Shown here piece after piece: positions 51,599 through 64,000 of a stretch of DNA of 64,000 nucleotides (positions within the stretch are counted from its first letter, which is position 1; the number at the start of each line of letters is the position of its first letter). The stretch is taken from the NCBI GenBank assembly GCA_964016885.1, contig OZ024745.1, positions 118,854,001 through 118,918,000 on the forward strand. The letters are read 5' to 3'. This DNA comes from Eledone cirrhosa. Its lineage: Eukaryota. A program made the position numbers and the translations under genes. Below the pieces are notes generated by a model, which did not search any database, was not told the origin of the DNA, and saw only the letters and a program-made list of their open reading frames with translations.

Positions 51599-52327
51599 TC
51601 ATCTTTGCATTCGTATCTATCATCGACACTGGAATGGATCTCCGCCGCTTTCGATGATAAATGGGTCAGTTGTTCGATAAATGGAACAGTCTGCTTTTGA
51701 AAGTTAACCTACACGTGCCCGAGTATTTCATAGATATGTATACTCTTAACGTAATTCTCAATGAATTCCTCGCGTCACAATACGTGACTAGACTGGTCCT
51801 TTCAGTTATAGGAATAGTTCATCTGACGGGCTTCCAAGCAGTTTCTATCTACTAAGTTTTATGTACTAGAATTTTTTTCATACGCTGACGCGTATGTGTA
51901 TATGTGTGTGCATGTGTGTATGTGCATATGTATACGTTTATATGTATGAGTATATAAATATAAACGTGCAAACACAGACACACTAACATACACACTCACA
52001 GACATACATTCACACAAACACACATACATTCACATAAACACACACACACACAGATTTACATACACACATACATACACACATACACACATATATTCACATA
52101 AACACATACATTCACACAAGCACACATACATTTACACAAACACACACATTTACACAAACACACATACACTTAAACATAATGTAGTTTTTTTTACCATCCC
52201 CTTCCTTCCCTTTACACACACATACAGTCACGCAGGCAGCAGACGTAAAGAGAGAGGAGTAGTATGAGGTAGTCAAACTACTCCTCTCTTACGTGTTGTG
52301 ACAGAACTGCAGAAATTTATATATAGA

Positions 52328-52795
52328 CTAGCAGATTTACTCGGCGTTACCCGGGGTTTGAAATTATGCTAATAATATACAGCAAGGAAGTAAATTGAAT
52401 GGAAAATCCCATAAGGATTTAGTTTTTATGGGTTTGCTGACACAGACATGTGACTTAGAAGAAAATCGATGCTCGCTTAAGAGCCTTGTAGTGCAGAGAA
52501 TAAACACCTACAATTTTGTCGCGAGTGACAAAAAAAATGTGCAAACTACAGCTGAAAAGTTGTAGGTCCCAACAGTTTGAATGGAAAGTCCCATAAGGAT
52601 TTTGTTTTGATTGATTTCTACCTTACATCATGCACTTTAGATAAAATAATTTTGCTATCGATTTTTTTATTGCTCAACGTGGGTCGATTTGAAAAATGTT
52701 TGGGATGTGACCCTCTTAGCGACAGGTGCCACGTGCACAGAAAATATGGTCAAATTCGGTTGGGAATTATAAAAGCCTTAGCTGTCCAATGTTGT

Positions 52796-52832
<37 letters not shown>

Positions 52833-52860
52833 TACATACACTCGCTTTTATATGTGTAGA
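52328..52860 (-). mobile_element. Non-autonomous Helitron
   Basis: Minus strand 5' A|TCTACACATATAAAAGCGAG then (GT)n. 3' CCCGGGTAACGCCGAG..TGCTAG|T. Confidence 0.7.
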
Positions 52861-53617
52861 TGAGACTTGGATCGACCCGAGTCTATAGCAAATGACATTT
52901 GTCCAAGATGTCATTCCGTGGGATTAAACCCGAAACCTTAGAATTGTGAAACCAATTTCTTAACCACTCTGTAGCAACCATTTATTCATCGGCGTCTCTA
53001 AAATATTCCCCACCACCACCAACACCACCAATGTTTATCTTCACAAAACAACGTGTGAGTATTCACGTGGTCGTTGAAAATGCTATAAATTGAAACTAAT
53101 TTCCCCCATATCACATACTACTCTCTTAAAAAAAGTGGATAATGTAGTCAAAAGAAAATAAAACAAAAGCATATGGAAATGGAGCCTTTGATGACAGATC
53201 TTCTAAGTCAAAGCTCACTTGAAGTTAGAAAAAAACAACAACCAAAAACAACAACAACAACAAACAAGTCTCCGACGCCTATAGCAATAACATCGATGCC
53301 TTTGACGCATAGAGTTACGGCCCTTGCCATTCTGAGTTCAAATCTCGCTGAGGTTAACTTTGCCTTTCATCCTTACGGGGTCGATAAAATAAAGTACCAG
53401 TAATGCAGTGGGCGTAATTGCTGGCCTTGTGCCAAAAAGTAGAAACAGTTATTATCATTAAATATCAGTTATCTTCATAAGTGAGTGGCAGGAGACATTC
53501 AAATAAAACTCTACCGACTGGTTAAGATGTTCTCTTCGCAATCGATCTCTGGTTCGATCTCTGTGTGGTATGTTGAGTAAGAGTTATTTACCATACTTTC
53601 AGGTCGATCTATGCCTT

Positions 53618-54118
53618 TACTATAATATATGGAAGGGAAACATGGACGTTTTCATCCAAACAACAAAAGCACCTTGATGGAACTTACGCTCGCCTGCTTC
53701 AATGCATGCAGAACATAAACTGGCGACATCTGACTTTGAGAGAGATATATGCCAGCTTCCCACGCATATCTGTCGTTGTACGTAAAAGGAGAGTAAGAGT
53801 TGCTGGCCACTGCCATAGTGCCACCTCTGAGGCTGTGTCCCCATTAGTGCTCTGGAAACCACAATCAGTCACTAATGACAGGGGGCGCAAGCTCTCCTAC
53901 CCCTATTTGCTGGCCATTGCCATCGTGCCACCTCTGAGGCTGTGTCCCCATTAGTGCTCTGGAAACCACAATCAGTCACTAATAACACGGGGCGCAAGCT
54001 CTCCTACCCCGATGTCAACTCCAGAGATTCTGGTATTGAGGTCCAAGACTTGGCAACGGCAATGAACGACAGACCCACGTGGAGATAAATTGTTGAGTCG
54101 ATTTCGGCTGAGGCCGCC

Positions 54119-54165
<47 letters not shown>
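53618..54165 (+). mobile_element. 5'-truncated RTE-type LINE with (ATG)n tail and an internal duplication of about 108 bp
   Basis: Translates NINWRHLTLREIY..RRVRVAGHC..LVLWKP..RGRKLSY. TSD ATGCCTT at 53611 and 54166. Confidence 0.8.
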
Positions 54166-54168
<3 letters not shown>

Positions 54169-54668
54169 CCTTGGATGTGAGATTGGGTTGTCGGATACGG
54201 TTTGCGTCACGCTGAATCTCCTAAAGAATTACGTTAATGGTACACGTCTCTATGTAGAATGCTCAGCCACTTACACGTTATTTGCATGAGCAAGCGGTTA
54301 CATTAATCGAACAACTGGACCACTCATCATCGAAACCGACGGATGTCCATTCCATAACACTCACTATACACGGAAAATTACAAGCAGAGGAAACCGACAA
54401 CAATCTTAGATTTTAACTCAAACATTTCATTTAATGTTTTAAATCATTTATGTCATAATTGAAACTCGACAATCGTGGAATGTCAACTTTCATTAAAAGT
54501 TCGTGATGTCCATTCGGGAAAAGTATACAGTGTTCCTCTTCTTGGACAGTTGCCCGAATAATTTGTCCATTTGGTTAATGTTGTTGTTTAGCTCCAGTTA
54601 AGTACATGTTAACCAGAAGTATGATCAAAACGTTCCACTTATGACCACCCATCTTTCTGTATATTTAA

Positions 54669-54880
54669 CCCTTTAACATTCAAACCGGCCGTATCCGGCC
54701 AGAATTCTCTTACCTCTTTCTGCTCAAACCGGCTGTAACTGGCCGCTCTTACTTATGTTAAGGTATTGTTCTCAAAATAAATGATATCAAAATCTCATAG
54801 ATACGATATTATGTGAGATAAAGCCTTTGCCACAGAAATATAATAGTATATATAGAGTAATGTAAATGGTAAATAAAGGG
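54669..54880. mobile_element. piggyBac-like MITE (second copy)
   Basis: TTAA|CCCTTTA ... TAAAGGG|TTAA. The internal CCGGCCGTATCCGGCCAGAATTC matches the reverse complement of 5168-5190. Confidence 0.75.
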
Positions 54881-56496
54881 TTAAGGCTATACTGCTCAAT
54901 GTGACCATCCCATTTTTTAATACATATCTTATAGACCGGCCACGCCCGAGGGAGTCGTAGGAACGCCGTATTCATATAGGGTGTTTCTTGGGGCATTTAA
55001 AAACCTGGCAGAGTCCATCTCTTTCAAGGCCTGAGTACAGCAGATTTCTTCCCGAGAGTGAAAGAATGGAAGTGAGAAAAAGACTTAGAGAAAGAATCGA
55101 CGACAGTACTTGACTGGTACTTTTTTTATCGACCTCGAATGGATGAAAGGTAAAGTTGACCTCGGCGGGGTCGAACTGAGAGAGCAAACAGTCGGAAGGA
55201 ATATCCCAAAACATTCTATCCGCCGTTTTAACGACTCTACCAATTTGTAGACTATTTTAAGACTGTAGCGTGTAAATTGAAGAAATTTGGCTAGATCAAG
55301 CAGGGGTGAACGACCTCATAGAAACTCCCTGGTTTGTTTCTACTTGGTTATACTGTCAGGGTGTTGATAGAATACGAAACCCTTCAACTAATAGCTTGGG
55401 TTTCTACCAAATCAGTTAGAGCATACATACATACATTCATACGTACACACATGCATGTATACACACAAGCATACATACATACATACATACATATATACAT
55501 ACATACATACATGCATACATGCATACATACATACATACACACATATATACATCAGACACCCACACACACACATACATTCACACATATATCAATTCTAATT
55601 AATAAACTACTCCATTTAATATAAAGTGAATCTCAGCCTTTTAAAAAATCATTTTCACTTCGTCTTTATTTTTTAGTTCCTTCCGCTCCTTGTGGAATAT
55701 CAGGCGACGAAAGATTTCCATTCTGAACGGTTGTTAACCTTGTCATGGTCCAGCTCTCTGGGCCGGGTATCGTCGTTTCTGTGGCAATTTTGATTAATGG
55801 AGATAAGGTTGCTAACCTCATTTTACATCACTCCTCTATGCTCAACACAGGTCGGAAACTAACCTAGTGTTTCAAAGTCAAAGGGGAAGGATCTGTAACC
55901 CTGGATAGGAGTCCATTTCAGATACAGTCACCGGGAGCCAGCCGGCTCTAAGAGCCAAATCACTTCAAAGATTAGATAATGCTATGTCCAATATTGAAAT
56001 AACATTTCTTTAAATTGTTTCACTCTACTTATGCTTTCTCCGAATTTCTCCTCAAGCTAACTCTACAGAGTGGATAACATCTTTCTTCAAGATGTGTTAG
56101 TCATATTTTCACAGCAGCTATCGTGTCAAAAAGAACGGCTGACCGAAACTATGTAATTATATTTACTTGAGTTATGCCTGTCGTGGTCACTCCTACGTGC
56201 AAGAAAAAACAGCCAAGTCTTCCACAAATTGCCCTTTTGGTTTGTGCTGAGATGCATCTATAATGCACCGTTCTGCTCAGCCATGTTTTTTTTTTTTGTT
56301 TTTTTTTTCGATAATTTTTTTAAAAATGCAAAAGATTTCAAAAGGCCCAAATATTATTCTTTCCCCTTCACAGGGCAAAGTCCAAGGGCTTGTATGCCTT
56401 ACACAACAACAAATTCAATAAGTTTTCACAACTAAATAAATAAACTTACGGGAGCGAGCAAAATGACATCCGTTCAGACTCAATAATAATAATAAT

Positions 56497-56806
56497 AATT
56501 GTTTCTACTTTTGGCACAAGGCCAGCAATTATCACAGTGTATTACTGGTACTTTATTTTATCGACCCCGTAAGGATGAAAGGCAAAGTTAACCTCGGCAG
56601 GAATAATAATAATAATAAGGCAGGAATAATAATAATAATTGTTTCTACTTTTGGCACCAGGCCAGAAATTACCCAGTACATTACTGGTACTTTATTTTAT
56701 CGATTCCGTAAGAATGAAAGGCAAAGTCAACCTCGACGGGATTTGAACCCAGACCGTAAAGGGACGTAACTATGCTGGAAAGCATGGCGTCCGACCCTCT
56801 ACCGAT
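56497..56806 (-). mobile_element. Two SINE copies embedded in (TAA)n tracts
   Basis: Both tails and the 5' junctions abut (AAT)n. Confidence 0.85.
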
Positions 56807-57574
56807 AATAATAATAATAATAATAAAAAGAAGGCAAAGAAGAAGAAGAAGGAGGCAAAGAAGAAGAAGAAGAAGGAGGTTATGAATCGACAGAATCGGT
56901 GAGGCGACAGATCAAATATCAAATCTTACTTCTGCCGACTGAGCCTTTCATTTTTGAATAATGGATCTATAAAATAAGTTACTAGCTTAAATCTTACAGT
57001 GGATACCATCTTCAATATTGCCAATGTATTGTTCATATTTTTCAAATCCTTATTGTTGTTAATATTGCTGTGTTTGTTTCATGATTTCTTTATGATGATA
57101 TTACCCCACCCTAACGTCAGTTACGCTCATAAACACACACACTAAAACCCTTTCAAAAGCTGCAAAATGTCTATTTTAAAATTCAACTCCAATGACGTGC
57201 TAACAAGCTGCTAGCGACAAGCTATAAAAATACATTTTATTGCCTTTACAGGCACTTAATGCATGTCTGCTGTGGAAGAGAGGTGAATTGTGTTGAGTGA
57301 AATAGAGAAAAGGTAGAGAGAGAGGTGGGAGGGAGGGCATGTGTGTGTGTGTGTGTGTGTGTAGGAGAGACAGAGAGAGTGTAGGAAGGAGAGAGAGAGA
57401 GAGAGAGTGTGTGTGTGTGTAAGAGGGAGAGAGGGAGGGGGAGAGAGGTGGGAGGAGGAATATAGGAGGGAGGGCGTGTGTGTGTGTGTGTGTGTAGGAG
57501 AGAGTGTAGGAGAGAGAGAGTGTAGGAGAGAGAGTGTCGGAGAGAGTAGAAGAGAGTGGAAGTGGCGCATACAA

Positions 57575-59165
57575 TGGTGGTGGTAATAGTTGTAGTGGTG
57601 GTGATAGTGTTGGTGATAGTGGTGATAGTAGTCGTGGTGGTAGTGGTGGAGATAGTGGTGGTGGTGATAGTGGTGATAGTAGTCGTGGTGGTAGTGGTGG
57701 TGATAGTGGTGGTGGTGATAGTGGTGGTGGTGATAGTGGTGGTGGTGATAGTGGTGGTGGTGATAGTGATGATGGTGATAGTGGTGGTGGTGATAGTGGT
57801 GGTAGTAGTGGTGGTGGAGATAGTGATGGTGGTGATAGTGGTGGTGGTGGTAGTGGTGATGGTGGTAGTGGTGGTGATAGTGATGGTGGCGATAGTGGTG
57901 GTGGTGATAGTGGTGGTGGTGATAGTGGTGGTGGTGATAGTGATGATGGTGATAGTGGTGGTGGTGATAGTGGTGGTAGTAGTGGTGGTGGAGATAGTGG
58001 TGGTGGTGATAGTGGTGGTGGTGGTAGTGGTGATGGTGGTAGTGGTGGTGATAGTGGTGGTGGTGATAGTGGTGGTGGTGATAGTGGTGGTGGTGATAGT
58101 GGTGGTGGTGATAGTGATGATGGTGATAGTGGTGGTGGTGATAGTGGTGGTAGTAGTGGTGGTGGAGATAGTGATGGTGGTGATAGTGGTGGTGGTGGTA
58201 GTGGTGATGGTGGTGGTGGTGGTGATAGTGATGGTGGCGATAGTGGTGGTGGTAGTGGTGGTGCTAGTGGTGGTGGTGCTAGTGGTGCTAGTGGTGGTGG
58301 TGATAGTGGTAGTGGTGGTGGTGCTAGTAGTGGTCATGATAGTAGTGGTGGTAATAGTAGTGGTGGTGATAGTAGTGGTGGTGATAGTAGTGGTCGTAGT
58401 GGTGGTAGTAATAGTGGTAGTAATGGTGGTAGTGGTAGTGGTAGTGGTAGTGGTAGCGATGTGGAATTAAACTTGGCTGGTGCCTTTTAAGTCGATAATT
58501 TGTCACCAAATACTTGACGGCAATCCTGGAAGGCGTGGTGTGGGGGTGACGTCAGGGGGTTGTTGTGGCGGTGGGGGTAGTGGTGGTGGATGGTGTGGCA
58601 GGGTAGTGGGAATTGTGGTGATTAATTGGAGGGTGGATAGTAAGAAAGGATGGAGAGGGGAGAGGGAGAGAGAGAATGATAACGGTGTTGGGTATTGATG
58701 GTGCTGTTGTTGATGATGATGGTTATGGTATTGGTAGTGATGATGATGACGATGTTGCTGATAGTGGTGGTGATGGTATTGGTCGTGATGGCATTATTGA
58801 TGTTGATGGTGAAAGTGATGGTGGTGGTGTTAATGATGGTGGTGGTAGTGTTGGTTGTGTTGGTAGTGATGGTGGTGGTGTTGGTTGTGTTGGTAGTGAT
58901 GGTGGTGTTGTTGATGTTGATGGTGGTATTGGTCTTGATGGTATTAATGATGTTGATGATGGTGGTGTTGGTGTTAATGATGGTTGTGGTAGTAGTAGTG
59001 GCGGTGGTGGTAGTAGTGTTGGTAGTGTTAATGATGTTGATGGTGGTGTTGGTAGTGATGATGATGCTGATAGTGGTGGTATTGGTCGTGATGGTGTTAA
59101 TGCTGTTGATGATGGTGATGGTGGTGCTAGTGATGACAATGTTGATTGTGATGATGATGGTAGAA
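57575..59165. repeat. (GGT/GAT/AGT)n cryptic triplet satellites
   Basis: Direct reading. They explain the poly-G/S, poly-V and poly-T ORFs in several frames. Confidence 0.9.
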
Positions 59166-59318
59166 GTAGGTTGTTTAGTCTCATATCAGCCCTGGTCGAG
59201 TAACCCTTTGGTCAAAGGTGTCACACACTTGTTTGTATGTTTAGGACTTCAATGTGAAAAGTTGTCTTTCTTTTTCATGTCTGCAGAGCGTTATTTGAGG
59301 GAGATTTGTCTTCTAGAC

Positions 59319-59661
59319 CAGCGGTCGCCAACCTTTCCAACCTCACAGACCACTAAATTCACTAATAACGGGGTGCAAGCTCTGCTACCCCGATGTCATC
59401 GCCAGAGATTCTAGTATTGAAATCCAGGACTTGGCAACGGCAATGAGCGACAGACCCACGTGGAGATCAATTGTTGAGTCCATTTCGGCTGAGGCCGCAG
59501 GATGATGATGATGATGATGATGAAATTCATAATTTTAAATCCCGTGGACCACTAATATGATTTAAAAAAAAAAGGATAAATACATTAAAATTTGTCTGTG
59601 GACCACCAACATTTTCTCTCGGACCACCTGTGGTGCGAGGACCACTGGTTGGTGACCGCTG
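59319..59661. mobile_element. hAT (Charlie-like) MITE interrupted by a LINE 3' fragment (59362-59522)
   Basis: TIRs CAGCGGTCGCCAACC / GGTTGGTGACCGCTG. TSD TTCTAGAC / TTCTATAC. The insert matches 53977-54165, ends in (GAT)n and is bounded by TSD AAATTCA. Confidence 0.85.
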
Positions 59662-59701
59662 TTCTATACCTCCAAAGATAAATCATTAATTATCCACAAA
59701 G

Positions 59702-59888
59702 GGGTGGATTGGCAGTATCGGTAGAGGGACGGACGCCATGCTTTCCAGCATAGTTACGTCCCTTTACGATCTGAGTTCAAATCCCGCCGAGGTTGACTTT
59801 GCCTTTCAACCTTACGGGGTCGATAAAATAAAGTACCAGTAATGCACTGGATAAATTGCTGGCCTTGTGCCTAAAGTAGAAACAATTA
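59702..59888 (+). mobile_element. tRNA-derived SINE with probable TSD ATTAATTATCCACAA
   Basis: Family motifs. The same 15-mer precedes the head and follows the tail. Confidence 0.85.
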
Positions 59889-59986
59889 ATTATCCACAAT
59901 CTACATCTTTACCTATTAGTAGCATCCGCATCAGTTGATGTGGTCTTTAAACTTGAAAATATTAATTGTTATTAAGTTCACCATTG

Positions 59987-60903
59987 CTACTTATCTCGCG
60001 GGGGTTTGTGAAGGTCGAGTAGTTCGATCTCCATAGTGGAGTTTCCTTTAGGAACGCCCTTTAACAGTCTTGAAGTAGGTTTCATATTCGGAGTTTCCAC
60101 GTTCCGAGGAAAGCTCTTTCTATTGTCTTTGTATGCACTGAGCGACATACGTACAATCGTTGTCTTTAGGTATGCGAAATGTGTTGGTGTCGAATGTTCC
60201 CCCTCCTTTTCTATGTCTAGCCTTCGTGCTAACAGAGCCATCAAATTCTTGTTGGCCCCTCTTAATAGCACGACATTGCGTCTTTTGTTTTGTTCTAGTG
60301 GTTGTTTGCGTTTGGGCGATTGTGGTAAAGTGTTTTTTGTGTGTGTGGTGTCTGCATTTTCTGTTGTGGGTGTGTGTGGATTTGTTTGTGTCTTTTTTGT
60401 TTTTTGGCTTTAGATTTTACCTCATCTTCGCTACTAGAAGACGAGTTGTCTGTATCTGTATGTGTGTGTGTCAATGTATGTATCTTTGGGTTGGTGGGGA
60501 ATGGGAGAGCTTTCCTCGTTTTCTCCCTGGGTGGCCCCAGTTGGGTGGCTTCAGCCGGGACAATTAGATTGGCCCCGGTTTGCTCTTGTTTAATGAGCTT
60601 CCAGGCCTGGCCAAACTTTTTATCTTTTTCACTGAGGTCCATGGTGAAACATGGCTTCTTTTTGGCTGCTGTAGCAGCGAAAGAGTTCTGTTGCTGTTAC
60701 TGGAGTTGTTGCTGGTCACATTGTGTTGGTGGTGTTGTTGTTGGTTTGTAGTTGTTCTTGGTGCAGTTATTGTTTTTAATTGCGTTGTTGCTCTTGGAGT
60801 TGTTGTTGCTACTGTTTTCTTCACTCGTTTCATTGTTGTTGTTGGTGGTGTTGCTAAATTCGTTGTTGCATGTTGTGTTTATAATTACTTTTTGTTGGTC
60901 CAT
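59987..60903 (-). pseudogene. Degraded ORF, probably ORF1 of a LINE
   Basis: ORFs 60697-60903 and 60295-60642 are in the same frame separated by one stop. 59987-60271 follows after a frameshift. Low-complexity N/T region, SSSSSEDE-K-rich tract and LLKGVPK suggest a LINE ORF1, but no diagnostic domain is visible. Confidence 0.45.
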
Positions 60904-61789
60904 AATTTTGCTTGTAGTTATGTGTCCCTCCCCTTAACTTTTAAGTCGCTATCACAAGATGGCAGACTTAGTATTAGGGGAGTGGGTCTCGTCCATTTTT
61001 AAAAAAAATAGGCAAGAAATATACAAAGTTCAAATATTTGGGCCTTTTGGCCCAAATATTATAAAGTCTCCCCTTCACAGGGCCCAGACAGAAGTCTTAC
61101 GACCTTTTTTCAAAAAGAACATAACAATTAATATGAACGAAAAGTTTTGAAAATGCATTACCTTGTGGAGCTCACAGCAACACGTCGTCACACTATGACA
61201 GCCAATAATCTAATATGTAATAATTGGAGGACTGCGGGACTTTGGCAGGGATATATTTTTCTGAAGACGTTATTAAGATAAGTTGGATTATTTTGAATAA
61301 ATGACGAATGAATATTATGTAATTTATCTACTAAATTTCGTAGCTCTTGATTAAACATAAATATGCTTTGATATAATGTATTTTAAGATTCACTTCTTTA
61401 AAATTTTCAAACGTCTACACTTCCGGTCAGCGTCTGTTAGATCACCGTACGCTATATCACATCGCTTATATAAACCTTCATATACTTGTATCGTTATATA
61501 AGGTTTATATTTCCGTCGTTAATTTTCTCCTTTTTCGTTTTCATAAAACTTCAACGTAATGCAGTTTATATATAATATCGTCTTTTTTAAATATATCATG
61601 GGTTACTTTACTGATTACAGAAGACAGGGTAACACAGTCTCTCTTCAATGTCTGTGCATATTGTCAATTACGATTTTATTTGCCGTATCACATCTACATG
61701 CATATATATTGCATATAATATCAATATGCACACTAGACATGCTAGCAGAAAACCATCCGTCGTGTGATTTTTCTGCTAGTAGTAATAAA

Positions 61790-63471
61790 AATGATTTCTA
61801 CTATAGACACAAGGCCAGCAATTTTAGAGGGAGGGGAAATTCGATTAAATCGACCCCAGTGCATTACTGATACTTTATTCTATCGACCTCGTAAGGATGA
61901 AAGACAAAGTTAACCTCAGCGGGATTTGAACTCAGAACGTAGAAAGTCATAACTAAATACCGATGTTCTACAGATACTGTAAATCCAATAATAATTGTTT
62001 CTATTTTTGGTACACGGCCAGAAATTATCTCAGTGCATTACTGGTACTTTATTTTATCGACGCTGTAAGGATGAAAGGCAAAGTTAACCTCGGCGGGATT
62101 TGAACTCAGATCATAAAGGGGCGTAACGCTATGCTGCAAAGCATGACGTCAGACCCTCTACCGACACTGCTAATCCACCACCCTGCAAATCCAATAATAA
62201 TTGTTTCTACTTTTGGCACAAGGCCAGCAATTACCCAGTACATTACTGGTACTTTATTTTATCGACCCCGTAAGGATGAAAGGCAAAGTTAACCTCGGCG
62301 GGATTTGATCTGAGATCGTAAAGGGACGTAACTGTGCTGGAAAGCATGTCCGACCTTCTACCGATACTGCCAATACACCCCAGTAATAATGATAATTTCA
62401 CAGAAAAAAGAGGTCAAGAATCTTCCGAGAAACCTTGGTAGAGAAACGTAGCCAGCCAGTAATTGACTGGTATTTACACGATCCACGCTGAATAGTGACT
62501 AGGCAAGTTTCGTCTGGAAATATGTGGTATTAGAACGTAGAAGAACGAAATAAAACAATGTATGATTGTGAGGTATTTAAATGTTTGTTTGGTGCTCAAG
62601 TATTTATCCTTTTTATGTACTGGTTTTAATTGTAATAAAGATGGCTGGTGAATGCCATCATGCTGGTGATGGTATGCCGCTACTGCTGCTGCTGAAACTG
62701 TTTCCATTGGCTGATAATATCTGATGTCACAACTCTTGACAGAAAGAGGCGGGATTTGAACTCAGAACGCACAGAGCCGGATTAGATATTACAGAGCATC
62801 CTGTCTGACACTTTAACAATTCAGCCAATCCTTCGCCAGTGGCCTGCTACTTTATTTATCGACCTTGAAAGGGTAAAAGCAAAGTTTACTTTGGCGGCAT
62901 TTGAACTCGGAATGCCGATAGCCAGAAAAAATATCGACACATTTAATTCGACGATCTAACGATTCTGTCAAATATGCCAACAGCCACTATTGATATATTG
63001 GGAATAGTGATATCAAAATGAAATAATGGTTTCTTATATAGGCACAAGGCCAGCAATTTGGGGAGACGGGAAAATCGATTAAATAGACCCCAGTGTGTGA
63101 CTGGTACTTTATGTTATCGACCCCGTAAGGATGAAAGGCAAAACTAACCCCAGTGGAATTTGAACACAGAACGTAAAGGGGCGTGACTCTATGCTGCAAA
63201 GCATGTTGTAATGCGCGACTTTCAGTCAGAAACTAGATTTAATTTGAAATGTTAGTAACATTGGTTTCTGATTTAGGAACAAGGCCAACAATTTTGGGGT
63301 GACGAAAGCCGACTAAATCGACCCCAGTGTATTGCTGATACTTTATTTTATCAACCTCGTCAGGATGAAAGGCAAAGCTAACCTCGGCAGGATTTGAACT
63401 CGTAAAGGGCCGTAACTCTATGGCATAAAGCATGTTGTCCGACGCTCCACCGATACTGCCAATCCACCGCC
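61790..63471 (-). mobile_element. SINE-rich block: three tandem copies (61790-62380) and about four more (62747-63471)
   Basis: Family motifs. Confidence 0.8.
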
Positions 63472-63907
63472 TTTGAAATATTAGTAATATTACAATCAGT
63501 TAGTAAACGTATAGAGCAAACACTAAACTTCTGGTAAGTCAAGATTGCGATTGGACACGGTTTAAAGTTATTGATATAGATAATTCTACCTAACCCCCCC
63601 CCCCCACCATCACCTTCATAATGCTCTAGTGAGGATATGAATGACAGCATCTCGATTACTTGTTATTTTATGTCTAATTGAGAAAAATAACAACGGACAG
63701 ATTTGATAGAATGTCGTACTTGAACTAAATAGGGCTGCAGTATAATCCAATTAAAGAAGTTACAATGAACAAAAAATAATATTAATATGGAGAATCTTAA
63801 AAAAACAAATTAGCAAAATATAGTCAGTGGAACAAGAAGAGGCGGTTGTTCAATATTAGCCAAGAAGAGAGTAATACCTAAAATAAATATTCCTCAGTCA
63901 TCTGAAC

Positions 63908-63938
<31 letters not shown>

Positions 63939-63942
63939 CAAT

Positions 63943-64000
63943 GATATTAAATAAATGGAAACTATATTTATAAAACCATATTTATTTTATTATATATATT
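63943..64000 (-). mobile_element. 3' end of another copy of the hammerhead-bearing element at 20654-20762, cut by the window end
   Basis: GATATTAAATAAATGGAAACTATATTTATAAAACCATATTTATTT matches 20657-20701, next to (TA)n. Confidence 0.8.

Noticed and set aside
52242-52294. Small hairpin GAGAGGAGTAGT..ACTACTCCTCTC
   Set aside because: Short and isolated, with no family or miRNA evidence from sequence alone.
57246-59414. Gly/Ser/Asp-rich, poly-Val and poly-Thr ORFs (mucin- or glycine-rich-like)
   Set aside because: Triplet satellites open in several frames on both strands, with no signal peptide or splice context.

Overview
AT-rich, repeat-dominated animal DNA. The SINE types and microsatellite load suggest a coleoid cephalopod (octopus-like), which is my inference. 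No host protein-coding gene can be supported, and almost all short ORFs are microsatellite or SINE artefacts. Retroelements: three degraded elements in tandem on the minus strand (Penelope-like RT+GIY-YIG at 39.3-42.1 kb, R4/Dong-type RT+RLE LINE at 42.2-46.3 kb, RTE LINE at 46.3-48.5 kb), further LINE/PLE fragments, and over 20 copies of a tRNA-derived SINE. DNA elements and repeats: hAT, piggyBac-like and Tc1-type MITEs, non-autonomous Helitrons and several minisatellites. Three signals stand out. (1) Several type I hammerhead ribozyme motifs with palindromic helix III lie in short elements mostly embedded in (TA)n. (2) Eight copies of a covarying bulged hairpin (YACUC-stem-UY-GAGUR) lie near the 3' ends of such otherwise dissimilar elements. 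(3) A series of fold-back palindromes carry ribozyme motifs that point outward from the centre. The abundant SINE also shares a 3'-terminal motif with the R4/Dong LINE. All coordinates and pairings were read by eye and may be off by a few bases.
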